Shown: piece by piece, positions 9,190 to 18,379 of the stretch
Position numbering within the stretch: the first letter of the stretch is position 1
How the letters are laid out: the number at the start of each line of letters is the position of its first letter
From: Minisyncoccia bacterium
Lineage (GTDB): Bacteria; Patescibacteriota; Minisyncoccia; Phycocordibacterales; UBA918
Direction: 5' to 3'
Assembly: GCA_041738755.1 (NCBI GenBank)
Contig: JBGSPE010000002.1
Span: 13,290 to 77,289 of the forward strand
DNA: 64,000 nt
Program-made: the position numbers and the translations under genes
The notes under the pieces: generated by a model
Told to the model about the DNA's origin: nothing
The model's database searches: none
What the model saw: only the letters and a program-made list of their open reading frames with translations

Positions 9190-9798
9190 TTATTCTACTG
9201 AAACTTCTTCTATTGCGGCATCAGGATTTTCAACGTCAGCTGCTTCTTCCGTAGCCGGTACAGTATCAGTCGTACTAGCAGTTGCTTCAGTTGAAGAAGC
9301 GCCTTCGACGGGAACTGGTGGCGTCACGTTTCGTGTACCCACTCCCCGTCCCCGCATACCGCCGTTTGGTTCTCCGCTCGTATTTTGGACCGGTACAACT
9401 ATTTCTCCTGTCGGATTGTCGCTGGAGCTTGTAATTCTATCGTTTCGATCTTCGATTGTTTTATTTACATCAATTTGGCCGGTATCTGAGAAGCCCACTG
9501 CTGCTGAAGCGCCAACTCCTACTAACAACAGCAAACTAGCAATGAGTAATTGCTTTTTCCTGGTCTTTTTTTCGATTCGATCCGTTGCAAGTGGCGTAGG
9601 CGCTTTTCGTTGTAATACTCTCGCTGGGGATTCAATAGCCACTTCGTCTTCAGTAACAACTTTCTTAGAAGTTCGAGAAGGAGTAGCTTTGCGAGCCACC
9701 GTTCGCCTTGGTGCTCGTGGCTTTGGGACATCAGAAGAAGCCGCTTGTTTTCGCGGTGCTCGGGTTCGTTTTACCGGAGTGATTTCTGCTTCGGGCAT
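9190..9798 (-). CDS. Hypothetical low-complexity basic protein with one TM helix
   Basis: 202 aa. The N-terminus is rich in K/R/P/A/T, there is a central TM helix, and the C-terminus is S/T/E-rich. Confidence 0.35.
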   Translation of the reverse strand: MPEAEITPVKRTRAPRKQAASSDVPKPRAPRRTVARKATPSRTSKKVVTEDEVAIESPARVLQRKAPTPLATDRIEKKTRKKQLLIASLLLLVGVGASAAVGFSDTGQIDVNKTIEDRNDRITSSSDNPTGEIVVPVQNTSGEPNGGMRGRGVGTRNVTPPVPVEGASSTEATASTTDTVPATEEAADVENPDAAIEEVSVE

Positions 9799-9853
9799 AC
9801 TTCACAGATTGTACCACCTGAGTTTAAAATGCCATAGATAGATATACTTACTT

Positions 9854-10936
9854 TTATTTATAATACTGTGTAACGTTTTTGAAATAAGCAAAAAAACTCG
9901 GGTAATACTCTGTCACCAGCGGATACAAACGCTCTGGTTCATCAAAGGTTGTGAGCCACTCTTGGTTGGTTTGATGTCGCTTCGTAAAACTGTCCACCAA
10001 CGTAATCCCCGGTAGAGTTTCAAATGTCCCGACATGGACTTCAAGCTTCGGAATGACGGTCTTTCCTTGGCGAATAATAAAATCAAGAACGCTCGGACTG
10101 ACGGGAAAACGATTAAACCAGGTAGGGTCAATAATAAGAATCCGTCTCGCGTCCTCTTGTGCTCGCCAGGTAGGATCAAGTGTCCAAGGGATATATACAC
10201 ACGTAGTAGTTTCGAGGGTGTCGATAGTGCTTCCTTGCCCACTGTAGTCCATCACGAAGTCCGCTGGTTCAGAAATCAATAGTGTCTCTGGCACCTGCTC
10301 CAGGATTTCCTCCCGTGGACCCGACAACCAAGTTGTTTCTGAAGCAGTACTGCAGCCGTTGATAAGAGCCTGATTAACGGTGTATCGTTTGTTTACTGAA
10401 GTCCCAGCTACCCACTGCCAAGATAAAAAGTTTGAAGCCATGTCGCCGTCTATCAAATGATAGTACATCCAACGTCCCATTTCATACCAGTTAGCTTTGG
10501 CACCGTTACACGCAATAGCAGCAATCCACATTCGCTCATGGTTGTGGAGATATCCAGTGTTATATAAATTTTTTACCGCTTCATCGATAACTGTAATACC
10601 GGTATTGGCACCAACGAGCGCTGATACCAACTCATTATGACGCCAATCACTTCGTGGGAATCTCAAATCAGAAAATATCTCTTCCCCTTTTGCCCACCAG
10701 ACATTTTGAAAGTATTCTCGCCAGGCAAGTTCCTGAATCAGTTTCTCACAATCAGCCTTTTTGTGTTTCTCTAATAACCGATCACGCACAAACGGTAAGG
10801 TGATGATGCCTCTCGTAATATATGGAGATAGCCGGGTCACAGCACCCTCCAAATGATTACGCGAACGAGCATAGGCGACAGGATCAATAGCATCGATCTG
10901 ATCTAAAATTTCTTGATAGGAGCGAAGGTAACTCAT
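9854..10936 (-). CDS. Cryptochrome/photolyase-family protein with an N-terminal FAD-binding domain, no antenna domain, and an unknown C-terminal domain
   Basis: FAD_binding_7 signatures: TRLSPYI, ELAWREYF, TGITVIDEA, TGYLHNHERMW, LIDGDMASNFLSWQWVAG. The gene overlaps the upstream DUF2256 gene by 4 nt. Confidence 0.65.
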   Translation of the reverse strand: MSYLRSYQEILDQIDAIDPVAYARSRNHLEGAVTRLSPYITRGIITLPFVRDRLLEKHKKADCEKLIQELAWREYFQNVWWAKGEEIFSDLRFPRSDWRHNELVSALVGANTGITVIDEAVKNLYNTGYLHNHERMWIAAIACNGAKANWYEMGRWMYYHLIDGDMASNFLSWQWVAGTSVNKRYTVNQALINGCSTASETTWLSGPREEILEQVPETLLISEPADFVMDYSGQGSTIDTLETTTCVYIPWTLDPTWRAQEDARRILIIDPTWFNRFPVSPSVLDFIIRQGKTVIPKLEVHVGTFETLPGITLVDSFTKRHQTNQEWLTTFDEPERLYPLVTEYYPSFFAYFKNVTQYYK

Positions 10937-11079
10937 GATTTTGTAACACTACTTTTACGACAACGGTCAGAACAATATTTCACTGCCTCCCACTGCCCCC
11001 GCAGGCGCCAGGACTTACGATTGGTGAACGGTTTTTTACACTGCTCGCAGAGCTTTTGTTCTTTTACTTGGCGAGCCAT
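10933..11079 (-). CDS. DUF2256-family small zinc-ribbon protein, 48 aa
   Basis: CEQCKKPF ... YCSDRCR, four Cys in a DUF2256-like arrangement. The longer 97-aa frame overlaps the divergent gene and is probably an over-extension. This family is characteristically next to photolyase genes. Confidence 0.55.
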   Translation of the reverse strand: MARQVKEQKLCEQCKKPFTNRKSWRLRGQWEAVKYCSDRCRKSSVTKS

Positions 11080-11103
11080 ACAGGCCCTAGTATACTCATA
11101 TCT

Positions 11104-12558
11104 ATGGAAGCCGCTATTATCTACCCCCATCAATTGTTCAAACACCATCCCGCCCTTAAGCCAGGGCGGCTCGTCTATATGGTTGAGGAGCCACTCCTTA
11201 TCACGCATAATCCTAGTCATCGTCAACGATTACTCCTGCATCGACTCTCCATGAAGGCCTATGCACAACGACTTGAAGCCCTCGACTACACCGTTCACTA
11301 CTTGGAAATCCAATCCCTCAAGGATTCTCGAGCGGTTTTTAAACAATTGAAAAAAGATGGGGTAACACTCCTCCATATTGTCGATACAACCGATGCATAC
11401 TTAGAGACAGCTATCGCAACGGCAGTAAAGAACTTTCGGTTTGAAATACGCCGGTACGAGTCACCACTCTTCTTGCTCACAAAAGAAGCTGCAATTACAT
11501 ACTATCTTGAATCAAAGCGATTTATGGCGACCTTCTACAAAAGACTCCGCCAAGATAAACATATCCTGATGAAAGATGGGAAACCAGTTGGCGGGAAATT
11601 TAGTTTTGATACTGATAACCGGAAGCGGCTCCCAAAAGGTATCGTACCCCCCACAGACATAGTCTTCTTTGATAATAAAGACATAGCGGCGGCACAAGCT
11701 TGGCTTGTTACTGTCGAAAGTGAACAATACGGCGAAGTGGATTGTTGGATTCCCTATACCCATGAGGAGGCGGAGAAATTCCTCAAGGAATTTCTCCGCC
11801 TCCGGTTTGCTGACTTTGGTGCATTTGAAGACGCTATTGCTACCGACGCAGTCCGACTCTGGCATTCTACCCTCTCGCCTCTTATAAATATCGGCCTCTT
11901 AACTCCAAACCAAGTACTGAAGGCTGCCCTGGCACACGCCGAGGAATACGACGTACCACTTAATTCGCTTGAAGGCTTTGTGCGGCAAATCCTTGGGTGG
12001 CGAGAATTTATTAGAGCCAGCTACGAAGTGGATGGCAGTACCATGCGAACGACTAATTTCTTTAAACACCGTCGCACGCTTCCGGCTGAATTTTGGACTG
12101 GCAAGACGGGAATAACGCCCCTTGATAACACTATTAAAAAAGCTCTCAATTATGGCTACACTCACCATATCGAGCGTTTGATGGTTATGGGAAATTTTAT
12201 GCTGTTGCAAGGAACAGATCCAGACGACGTATATCGCTGGTTTATGGGTATGTATGTTGATGCCTATGATTGGGTCATGGTGCCAAATGTCTATGGCATG
12301 AGTCAGTTTGCTGACGGCGGGCTATTTGCAACGAAGCCGTATATCAGTGGTGCTAGTTACCTGAAAAAAATGTCAGATTATACAGGCGGTGATTGGGAAG
12401 AACTCTGGACTGCCCTCTACTGGAACTTTATCTACCGACACCAAGATTTTTTCAGAAGCAACCACCGCCTTTCAATGATGCCGCATCTTTTAGCTAAGAT
12501 GGATAAAGCGACTCGAGACAATCATCTCACCATCGCCAAAAAATATCTTGCAAAATAG
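11104..12558 (+). CDS. Deoxyribodipyrimidine photolyase-related protein (COG3046, cryptochrome-like family)
   Basis: About 484 aa. C-terminal region YGYTHHIERLMVMGNFMLLQG ... DAYDWVMVPNVYGMSQFADGG is typical of COG3046. The start was moved to the internal Met to avoid overlap with the divergent DUF2256 gene. Confidence 0.65.
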   Translation: MEAAIIYPHQLFKHHPALKPGRLVYMVEEPLLITHNPSHRQRLLLHRLSMKAYAQRLEALDYTVHYLEIQSLKDSRAVFKQLKKDGVTLLHIVDTTDAYLETAIATAVKNFRFEIRRYESPLFLLTKEAAITYYLESKRFMATFYKRLRQDKHILMKDGKPVGGKFSFDTDNRKRLPKGIVPPTDIVFFDNKDIAAAQAWLVTVESEQYGEVDCWIPYTHEEAEKFLKEFLRLRFADFGAFEDAIATDAVRLWHSTLSPLINIGLLTPNQVLKAALAHAEEYDVPLNSLEGFVRQILGWREFIRASYEVDGSTMRTTNFFKHRRTLPAEFWTGKTGITPLDNTIKKALNYGYTHHIERLMVMGNFMLLQGTDPDDVYRWFMGMYVDAYDWVMVPNVYGMSQFADGGLFATKPYISGASYLKKMSDYTGGDWEELWTALYWNFIYRHQDFFRSNHRLSMMPHLLAKMDKATRDNHLTIAKKYLAK

Positions 12559-12637
12559 TCTTTTTATGGTACATTTTGTGGACTAAACACCGCACCTGAC
12601 ACCTGTCGTGTTCATTATTTTTTAACCTTATATTCAC

Positions 12638-13315
12638 TTGCGAAACGATACTCAATCTTCTTATACTCGAAAAGACACTCGAACCAAAATTAATCATGCC
12701 ATTAAGGCTGCCGAACTCAGAGTGATTGGACCTGAAGGTGAAAACCTCGGTACCCTGTCAACCGCTGACGCCCTTAAACAAGCTGAGAAATTTAAGCTCG
12801 ATTTGATTGAAATTTCTCCTAACGCCAAACCACCCGTTGCTAAAATAATGGACTTTGGTAAGTATCGCTATGAAACCGGCCGTAAGGCTCGTGAAGTGAA
12901 GGCCAAGTCGCACGTGACAGAAACCAAGAGCGTCCAGGTAAAGATTGGTACAGGCGATCATGACCAACAACTCAAAGCCAAGCGCGCCGCTGAATGGCTT
13001 GAGGAAGGTCACCGCGTAAAAGTCGACCTCTTCCTTTGGGGCCGCTACAAATACATGGAAGCAGAATTTCTCAAGGAACGACTTGATCGATTTCTTAAAA
13101 TCATCCCATCAGACTACAAGGTCGCTGATCCAATAAAAAAGAGTCCCAAAGGCTTCACAACGACCCTCGAACGTGTCCCTGGGGCTAAAGTCAAAAAGCC
13201 AAAGCAATTGGCCGAAGTTGCTCCAGAAAGCCAGAAGGCTGAAAAAAGCACTGAAACTAAGGAAAAATCAAAGAAAAAGTCACTTGATGACTTCCTCGAT
13301 GCGGGGATGATTTAA
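12638..13315 (+). CDS. infC: Translation initiation factor IF-3
   Basis: INHAIKAAELRVIGPEGENLG ... VAKIMDFGKYRYE ... VKVDLFLWGR. The true start may be an upstream non-AUG codon, as is usual for infC. C-terminal K/E-rich tail. Confidence 0.85.
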   Translation: MRNDTQSSYTRKDTRTKINHAIKAAELRVIGPEGENLGTLSTADALKQAEKFKLDLIEISPNAKPPVAKIMDFGKYRYETGRKAREVKAKSHVTETKSVQVKIGTGDHDQQLKAKRAAEWLEEGHRVKVDLFLWGRYKYMEAEFLKERLDRFLKIIPSDYKVADPIKKSPKGFTTTLERVPGAKVKKPKQLAEVAPESQKAEKSTETKEKSKKKSLDDFLDAGMI

Positions 13316-13328
13316 GGTCAAAAAATCT

Positions 13329-13357
13329 TTGACAGGCTTGCCCGACTACGCTATAGT
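13329..13357 (+). promoter_or_regulatory. Near-consensus sigma70 promoter upstream of rpmI
   Basis: TTGACA, 17 nt spacer, TATAGT. Confidence 0.55.
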
Positions 13358-13387
13358 AACGCGACTTCAATTTGGAGGCATTTCTAT

Positions 13388-13579
13388 ATGAAAACAAACA
13401 AATCATTTACCAAGCGAATTAAGGTGACCAAAAACGGCAAGCTCGTGGCTCGCAAGCAAGGTCAAAACCACTTTAATGCTCGTCAAACAGGTCAGCAACG
13501 ACTTCGTCGCAAGCGAACACAGCTACTTACCTTGAGCAAGCGAATTACTCGCCGCTTCCTACCGCGCACCGGCGCATAA
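13388..13579 (+). CDS. rpmI: 50S ribosomal protein L35
   Basis: 63-aa basic protein between infC and rplT, the conserved infC-rpmI-rplT order. Confidence 0.8.
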   Translation: MKTNKSFTKRIKVTKNGKLVARKQGQNHFNARQTGQQRLRRKRTQLLTLSKRITRRFLPRTGA

Positions 13580-13604
13580 CATTATTAGTCAGTAAGAAAC
13601 GATT

Positions 13605-13949
13605 ATGGCACGTGTAAAAGGAGGCCTCATGGCCCAAAAACGTCGACGAAACATCCTCGCGGAAGTGAAAGGATACCGTCTCCAACGTTCAAAGAAGAAG
13701 CGAGTAGCGCGAGAAGCAATCTACCATGCTCAAACCTACGCTTTCGCTCACCGAAAAGACAAGAAAGCTGACTTCCGTCGACTATGGACAGTCCGAATCA
13801 ATGCAGCCCTCATGGCTCACGGACTCAAGTACAGCCGGTTCATCAAGACTCTCAAGGACAAGCAGATTGAAATCGACCGAAAGATTCTCGCCACTCTTGC
13901 AGTAGAGAACCCAGAGGCCTTCAACCGAATTGTCGCAGAAGTGAAGTAA
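13605..13949 (+). CDS. rplT: 50S ribosomal protein L20
   Basis: MARVKGG ... LWTVRINAA ... IEIDRKILA matches L20. Confidence 0.9.
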   Translation: MARVKGGLMAQKRRRNILAEVKGYRLQRSKKKRVAREAIYHAQTYAFAHRKDKKADFRRLWTVRINAALMAHGLKYSRFIKTLKDKQIEIDRKILATLAVENPEAFNRIVAEVK

Positions 13950-13951
13950 GT

Positions 13952-13988
13952 AAAAAACCGCCGGTCCCTTAGGGGACCGGCGGTTTTT
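13952..13988. terminator. Bidirectional intrinsic terminator
   Basis: AAAAACCGCCGGTCCC-TTA-GGGGACCGGCGGTTTTT. Confidence 0.8.
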
Positions 13989-14000
13989 GCTTATATTACT

Positions 14001-15293
14001 TTATTGCGTAGCTTGTCGTTCCAAATTGAAATCAAATGAACGCTCGTATATCTCACCAGACTCAAGTGGAACATTAAAACGCACGGTACCACGCACTTGC
14101 TGCATTGGCTCAATACTTTCAAGTGAACCAAAGTCCCAACTCGCTTCTTCGATGTCGATGGAGACACCATCTACATCGTATGTCAGCCAGTAGATATCAG
14201 TATATAAACCAGAATCTTCACCTGGTACATATACATTGGTACCCGTGTTATCAAACACCTCCAAAATATCAACTGTTACATAATCTGAAAACGCAATTCC
14301 CTGGAAAGCCGGTATATATAATATAATCTCATCATTCCAAACATTATCCCACGTAACAATAGCTGGACCAGCCAGGGTATACCCTCCCGCAACAGTTCCG
14401 GGATCTATATCAATAATTGCACCAATAGTAGTGGAGGTAATGAAACCATCTAACTCTTCTGTTGTGAGTGAAACAGGAGCCGCTTCTTCAAATGATTCAT
14501 TGAATGAACTCGTATCAGAAAATTCTTCAAACGGCACCTCGTCAAATTCCATACCACTTGAGAAACCTGATAGTGCAGCCCCGAACATAAGTGCAATCAA
14601 GAATGGGACGATGAATATAAAAAATAACATCGGTCCAAATAGACCCAAAATGATTGTGAGAATCGTACGATACTTGTTTACTCGAGGAGTTTTTACTACC
14701 ACCGCTCCAACAATTAGGTCGTGCAATGCTTGTTTCTTCTTTGTGAAGCCCGCCATGATAAATCCGATTCCAAGCGGTAGCGCTGACAATAGTTTAGATA
14801 GGAATCGGCCACATGACCGTCCAAAGGACAGTAACTGTCCGGTTTCATCCTTGATGACTTTAATACCAATAAATTGCTTACCAAATGTCTGCCCTTTTTT
14901 AGCTTCCATGTATGGGTAATAAGCAAAGGCTAGCCCAATGTTTATGAACATGAATAAGATACTAGGAATTGCTTCTGAAGGAAAAATTCCTAAGAATTCA
15001 AGAATTACCAGCGGTATAACAAAAATAAGAGAAATGAGTGATAGCAAGATACCATCAGCGACAGAAGCAGCCACTCGATGCCAGAAACCAGCGTATTCTA
15101 CAGTAGCCTGACTACTCATTGGTGGGGGTACTGGAGAAAGTGGTGCAGAAAAGGCTGACGTAACTGCTTCTTCTTGCCAACCGGCGGCAATAAGTTCTTG
15201 TCTGATAAGCTCATCTCCCTTTCCGACTGCTCTTGACTGGGTAATAAACGTTGCCAGTTGTTCTTGCGGATTCATATTATGATTGCGATACAT
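14001..15293 (-). CDS. RDD-family membrane protein with a large C-terminal extracytoplasmic domain
   Basis: RDD-type core (YAGFWHRVAASVADGILL ... GQTFGKQFIGIKV ... QALHDLIVG), multiple TM helices, and a C-terminal ~190-aa acidic domain. Confidence 0.55.
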   Translation of the reverse strand: MYRNHNMNPQEQLATFITQSRAVGKGDELIRQELIAAGWQEEAVTSAFSAPLSPVPPPMSSQATVEYAGFWHRVAASVADGILLSLISLIFVIPLVILEFLGIFPSEAIPSILFMFINIGLAFAYYPYMEAKKGQTFGKQFIGIKVIKDETGQLLSFGRSCGRFLSKLLSALPLGIGFIMAGFTKKKQALHDLIVGAVVVKTPRVNKYRTILTIILGLFGPMLFFIFIVPFLIALMFGAALSGFSSGMEFDEVPFEEFSDTSSFNESFEEAAPVSLTTEELDGFITSTTIGAIIDIDPGTVAGGYTLAGPAIVTWDNVWNDEIILYIPAFQGIAFSDYVTVDILEVFDNTGTNVYVPGEDSGLYTDIYWLTYDVDGVSIDIEEASWDFGSLESIEPMQQVRGTVRFNVPLESGEIYERSFDFNLERQATQ

Positions 15294-15337
15294 TACTAAT
15301 TATAGTAATAAGCATAGCATGGCGTCTCGCCAACTTT

Positions 15338-15733
15338 TTAAAAGAAATAGATTACAAGTAGTCCTACACAGCCACCAAAAAGTGGCCAGAGCGTTAGTTG
15401 CATACCCCAAATACGTGCCCACATCGGTGTCTTGGGAGACCAAAGACCATAGGCATGTAGTCCTCTTCCGACGAGAATCAATCCACCGTAGGTGAGTAAA
15501 AGCCACTGACTCACCCCTTGAAGCTCAAGGAGCATCATAATGATAAGTAAAAATGGAATATACTCTGCGAAGTTGCCATGCATCCGAACTCGCCTCAGTA
15601 AATCATCACTCTGCCCTGTCCCCAAACTCACTCGATTGTCTCGGCGACCAAAAATGGTTCGCAGGGACAACACAAAAAACCAGATGCCTAAGAGTCCTGT
15701 AAAAAAGAGGGTTGTTTCCATATTAGAAATCAA
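15338..15733 (-). CDS. MAPEG-family membrane protein
   Basis: RRVRMHGNFAEYIPFLLII matches the MAPEG R..H.N..E..P.F signature. Four TM helices. Confidence 0.5.
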   Translation of the reverse strand: MISNMETTLFFTGLLGIWFFVLSLRTIFGRRDNRVSLGTGQSDDLLRRVRMHGNFAEYIPFLLIIMMLLELQGVSQWLLLTYGGLILVGRGLHAYGLWSPKTPMWARIWGMQLTLWPLFGGCVGLLVIYFF

Positions 15734-17084
15734 TTTGTATTTCAGAATTTGCTTCTGGTGCTATGGCGTTGACCCCCAGATAGTCTCGTAGTCGTTGGGT
15801 TAAAAAGAGTGAAGCGCGCTCCTCACCCATCGTGACAAAGACTTGCTTGGCTTCACGACATCCCCCATATACCAAATCAATCAGCTGATTGCGATCGGCG
15901 TGTCCTGAGTACCCACGAATAGTTGCAATCGTCGCCTTCACCCGGACCTGGACACCATCAATCCAAACTTGATTCGCGCCGTCTTGTAAGAGACGACCGA
16001 TACTACCAACCGTCTGATACCCAACCAAAAGAAGCGTCGTTCGCTCATCACCCAAAAACTGCTTCTCATGAGCCCTAATTCTTCCCCCGTGACTCATCCC
16101 AGAACCAGCAATGATAATTTTTGGTCCACCAAAGCGGGCAATCTGATGTGATTCTTTAATGGTCTCAGTGAACGACAGACCTTCAAAAGAAAATATATCG
16201 TCACCGCGGAGAATCTGCTCTTGCACTTCAGGCTTAAAATATTCAACTGAGTCTCGGTACACGTCAGTAACCCGGATAGCCAAGGGTGAGTCGAGATAGG
16301 TCTTAATAGACGGAACCTGCCCTGATTCAATCAGGTTATTGATTTCAAAAATCATCCCTTGGGTTCGTTCGAGAGAAAAAGCAGGAATAATCAGTGTCCC
16401 CTCCTTTCGAATCGTCTCTTCAATATGGTGTTTGAGAATTGAAGTACGTTCTGCTACTTCCTCATGAACCCTATCCCCATACACGCTTTCCATCACCATG
16501 TACTGATAGTCTTTGGGGACTTCAGGTGGACCCATGAGTGGCTGTGGAACATTCCCAACATCACCGGTGAAGACTACTTTCTTTCCATCACGCATTAAGG
16601 AAACCATGGCTGAGCCCAAGATATGCCCAGCATCACTAAAGCTTGCCAAAACAGCATCGCCAACCGGAAATTCAACCTGATATTCGTGACACTCCCAGAG
16701 ATCTAACGCTCGATCGATATCGCTCGCACTATAGAGGACTGGTCGTTTATCGCGCCTCGCTTCCATTTCCATAATATGCAACGCATCTTCGAACATAATC
16801 CGGGCTAGTTCTCGGGTCGGCTTTGTCGAATAGATAGCGCCCTTAAAACCATCGCGGACCAGCTTTGGTATCCGCCCGATATGGTCAGCGTGGGCGTGCG
16901 TCACCAGTAATACATCGACTTTGGCCGGGTCATACACAAACGGTTGCGCGTTAATCACCTGTGCAAATTCATCCCCTTGTACCAATCCACAATCAACTAA
17001 AATTGCTACCTTACCCGTATCCAACATAAAGTTGGCTCCTGTCACCGAGCCTACCCCACCGTAAAAACCTATCGTTGTAGTCAT
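15723..17084 (-). CDS. MBL-fold beta-CASP metallo-hydrolase, RNA-metabolising type (COG1236-like)
   Basis: HAHADH motif (LLVTHAHADHIGRIP), a beta-CASP region and a C-terminal RNA-specificity-like domain. 453 aa. Confidence 0.65.
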   Translation of the reverse strand: MTTTIGFYGGVGSVTGANFMLDTGKVAILVDCGLVQGDEFAQVINAQPFVYDPAKVDVLLVTHAHADHIGRIPKLVRDGFKGAIYSTKPTRELARIMFEDALHIMEMEARRDKRPVLYSASDIDRALDLWECHEYQVEFPVGDAVLASFSDAGHILGSAMVSLMRDGKKVVFTGDVGNVPQPLMGPPEVPKDYQYMVMESVYGDRVHEEVAERTSILKHHIEETIRKEGTLIIPAFSLERTQGMIFEINNLIESGQVPSIKTYLDSPLAIRVTDVYRDSVEYFKPEVQEQILRGDDIFSFEGLSFTETIKESHQIARFGGPKIIIAGSGMSHGGRIRAHEKQFLGDERTTLLLVGYQTVGSIGRLLQDGANQVWIDGVQVRVKATIATIRGYSGHADRNQLIDLVYGGCREAKQVFVTMGEERASLFLTQRLRDYLGVNAIAPEANSEIQIDF

Positions 17085-17455
17085 AGTCCTATTCTAAAGT
17101 ATCGCAGCAGCGAATATCCGAGCAATCCCCCACACAACCCGAATAAAAGGTCTTTTGTTGTGTCATAGACATACGTATCTGGATTATAGAGTCCGGCCAC
17201 ATATTCAAATAATTCCCAAGACACCATGACTATGAGCAACACAATCAGGGTTGTCTGTAGCGTAGGCTTCAATGTAACGTTGGCAAAATGACTCAAAATA
17301 TGTACACCAAGAGCAACCAGTACTCCGCCCCAAAGATGCATAACGATATCAAACCAAGAATAATACCAATAGAGCGAGGCAAAAACGGCAAAATTATGAA
17401 CGAGCGTAAATACTACCGACAAGGCGAAGAAGAGCCAAACAAGTAAGGCGGGCAT
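17081..17455 (-). CDS. Small integral membrane protein, possibly VanZ-like
   Basis: 124 aa, 4 TM helices, WELFEY motif. Weak assignment. Confidence 0.3.
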   Translation of the reverse strand: MPALLVWLFFALSVVFTLVHNFAVFASLYWYYSWFDIVMHLWGGVLVALGVHILSHFANVTLKPTLQTTLIVLLIVMVSWELFEYVAGLYNPDTYVYDTTKDLLFGLCGGLLGYSLLRYFRIGL

Positions 17456-17507
17456 ATACTAATATTACACTATTGTTCGCTGTAACTGAATAATTGCAAC
17501 CTCACGT

Positions 17508-17536
17508 AAAAGCCCCACCGATAGGGTGGGGCTTTT
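17508..17536. terminator. Intrinsic terminator
   Basis: AAAAGCCCCACC-GATA-GGGTGGGGCTTTT. Confidence 0.7.
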
Positions 17537-17554
17537 ACAATAATCGTGCTGTTT

Positions 17555-18187
17555 TTAGCTCGCTGCTTGGCTGAGTACTGTCGTACGTTCTTTGAGCAGT
17601 TCCTGAATTTTAGCCTCTGTTTCATCATAGGCACCTTCACCGATATGATCGTACACGATATTGCCGTGAATATCGATGAGGTACATCCGTGGCCAGTAGC
17701 GATTGCCGAGAGCTCTCCAGGTACCATAGTCATTATCGAGGACTGTAGGAAATTTGATACCGAACTCAGCAAACGCTTTCTCTACATTTGCCTTATCTTT
17801 TTCGTAGGCAAATTCGGGCGTATGAACTCCAATCACAATCAGACCTTCATCTTTGTATTTCTCATACCAGCTATTTACATACGGGAAGGTCCGTTGGCAG
17901 TTGATACAGCTGTACGTCATGACATCGAGTAAAATCACCTGCTTCCCTACGTAATCAGCTATCTTAAATGGCTGGTCGTTGGTATTCACAAACCCAGCCG
18001 GGTTTTGAATTTCAACGAATGGTATTCCCATGACTTTTTCAGTTTCGGCTTTAGTGGTTTGTTCTTTGGTAACTTCGCCCGACTCTCCTGCCACCGACTC
18101 TTGAGTCGCTCCAGAAAACGTGACGACGCCAAGAGCTGCAAGCGCCAACACACCGATGATGCTGACTATAATGACTGATGGGTTCAT
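17555..18187 (-). CDS. Thioredoxin-fold redoxin (TlpA/AhpC-TSA-like), membrane-anchored
   Basis: N-terminal TM helix. Redox motif YSCINCQRTF within a thioredoxin-like fold sequence. Confidence 0.6.
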   Translation of the reverse strand: MNPSVIIVSIIGVLALAALGVVTFSGATQESVAGESGEVTKEQTTKAETEKVMGIPFVEIQNPAGFVNTNDQPFKIADYVGKQVILLDVMTYSCINCQRTFPYVNSWYEKYKDEGLIVIGVHTPEFAYEKDKANVEKAFAEFGIKFPTVLDNDYGTWRALGNRYWPRMYLIDIHGNIVYDHIGEGAYDETEAKIQELLKERTTVLSQAAS

Positions 18188-18379
18188 ACGTATATGTAAT
18201 CCAATAAACGATGGTCTTCTTTAGTGATGCAGAGCGAGCGAAGCCACCACGATATTCGGGGTGGCTTTACTCCGGCTAGAAGTAGGTGACCCAATCACGA
18301 CAGGTAGTAGCGGTAGAATACACGGTGCAAGCACGGTGATGATTCTCGCTAAAAACACTATCGCGAAAAAGGTCAGGGA

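Noticed and set aside
10933-11226. Full 97-aa frame for the DUF2256 gene, and the 500-aa frame starting at 11056
   Set aside because: Taken at full length the two divergent genes would overlap by 170 nt. Internal Met codons (11079 minus strand, 11104 plus strand) give non-overlapping genes of family-typical length, and were preferred.
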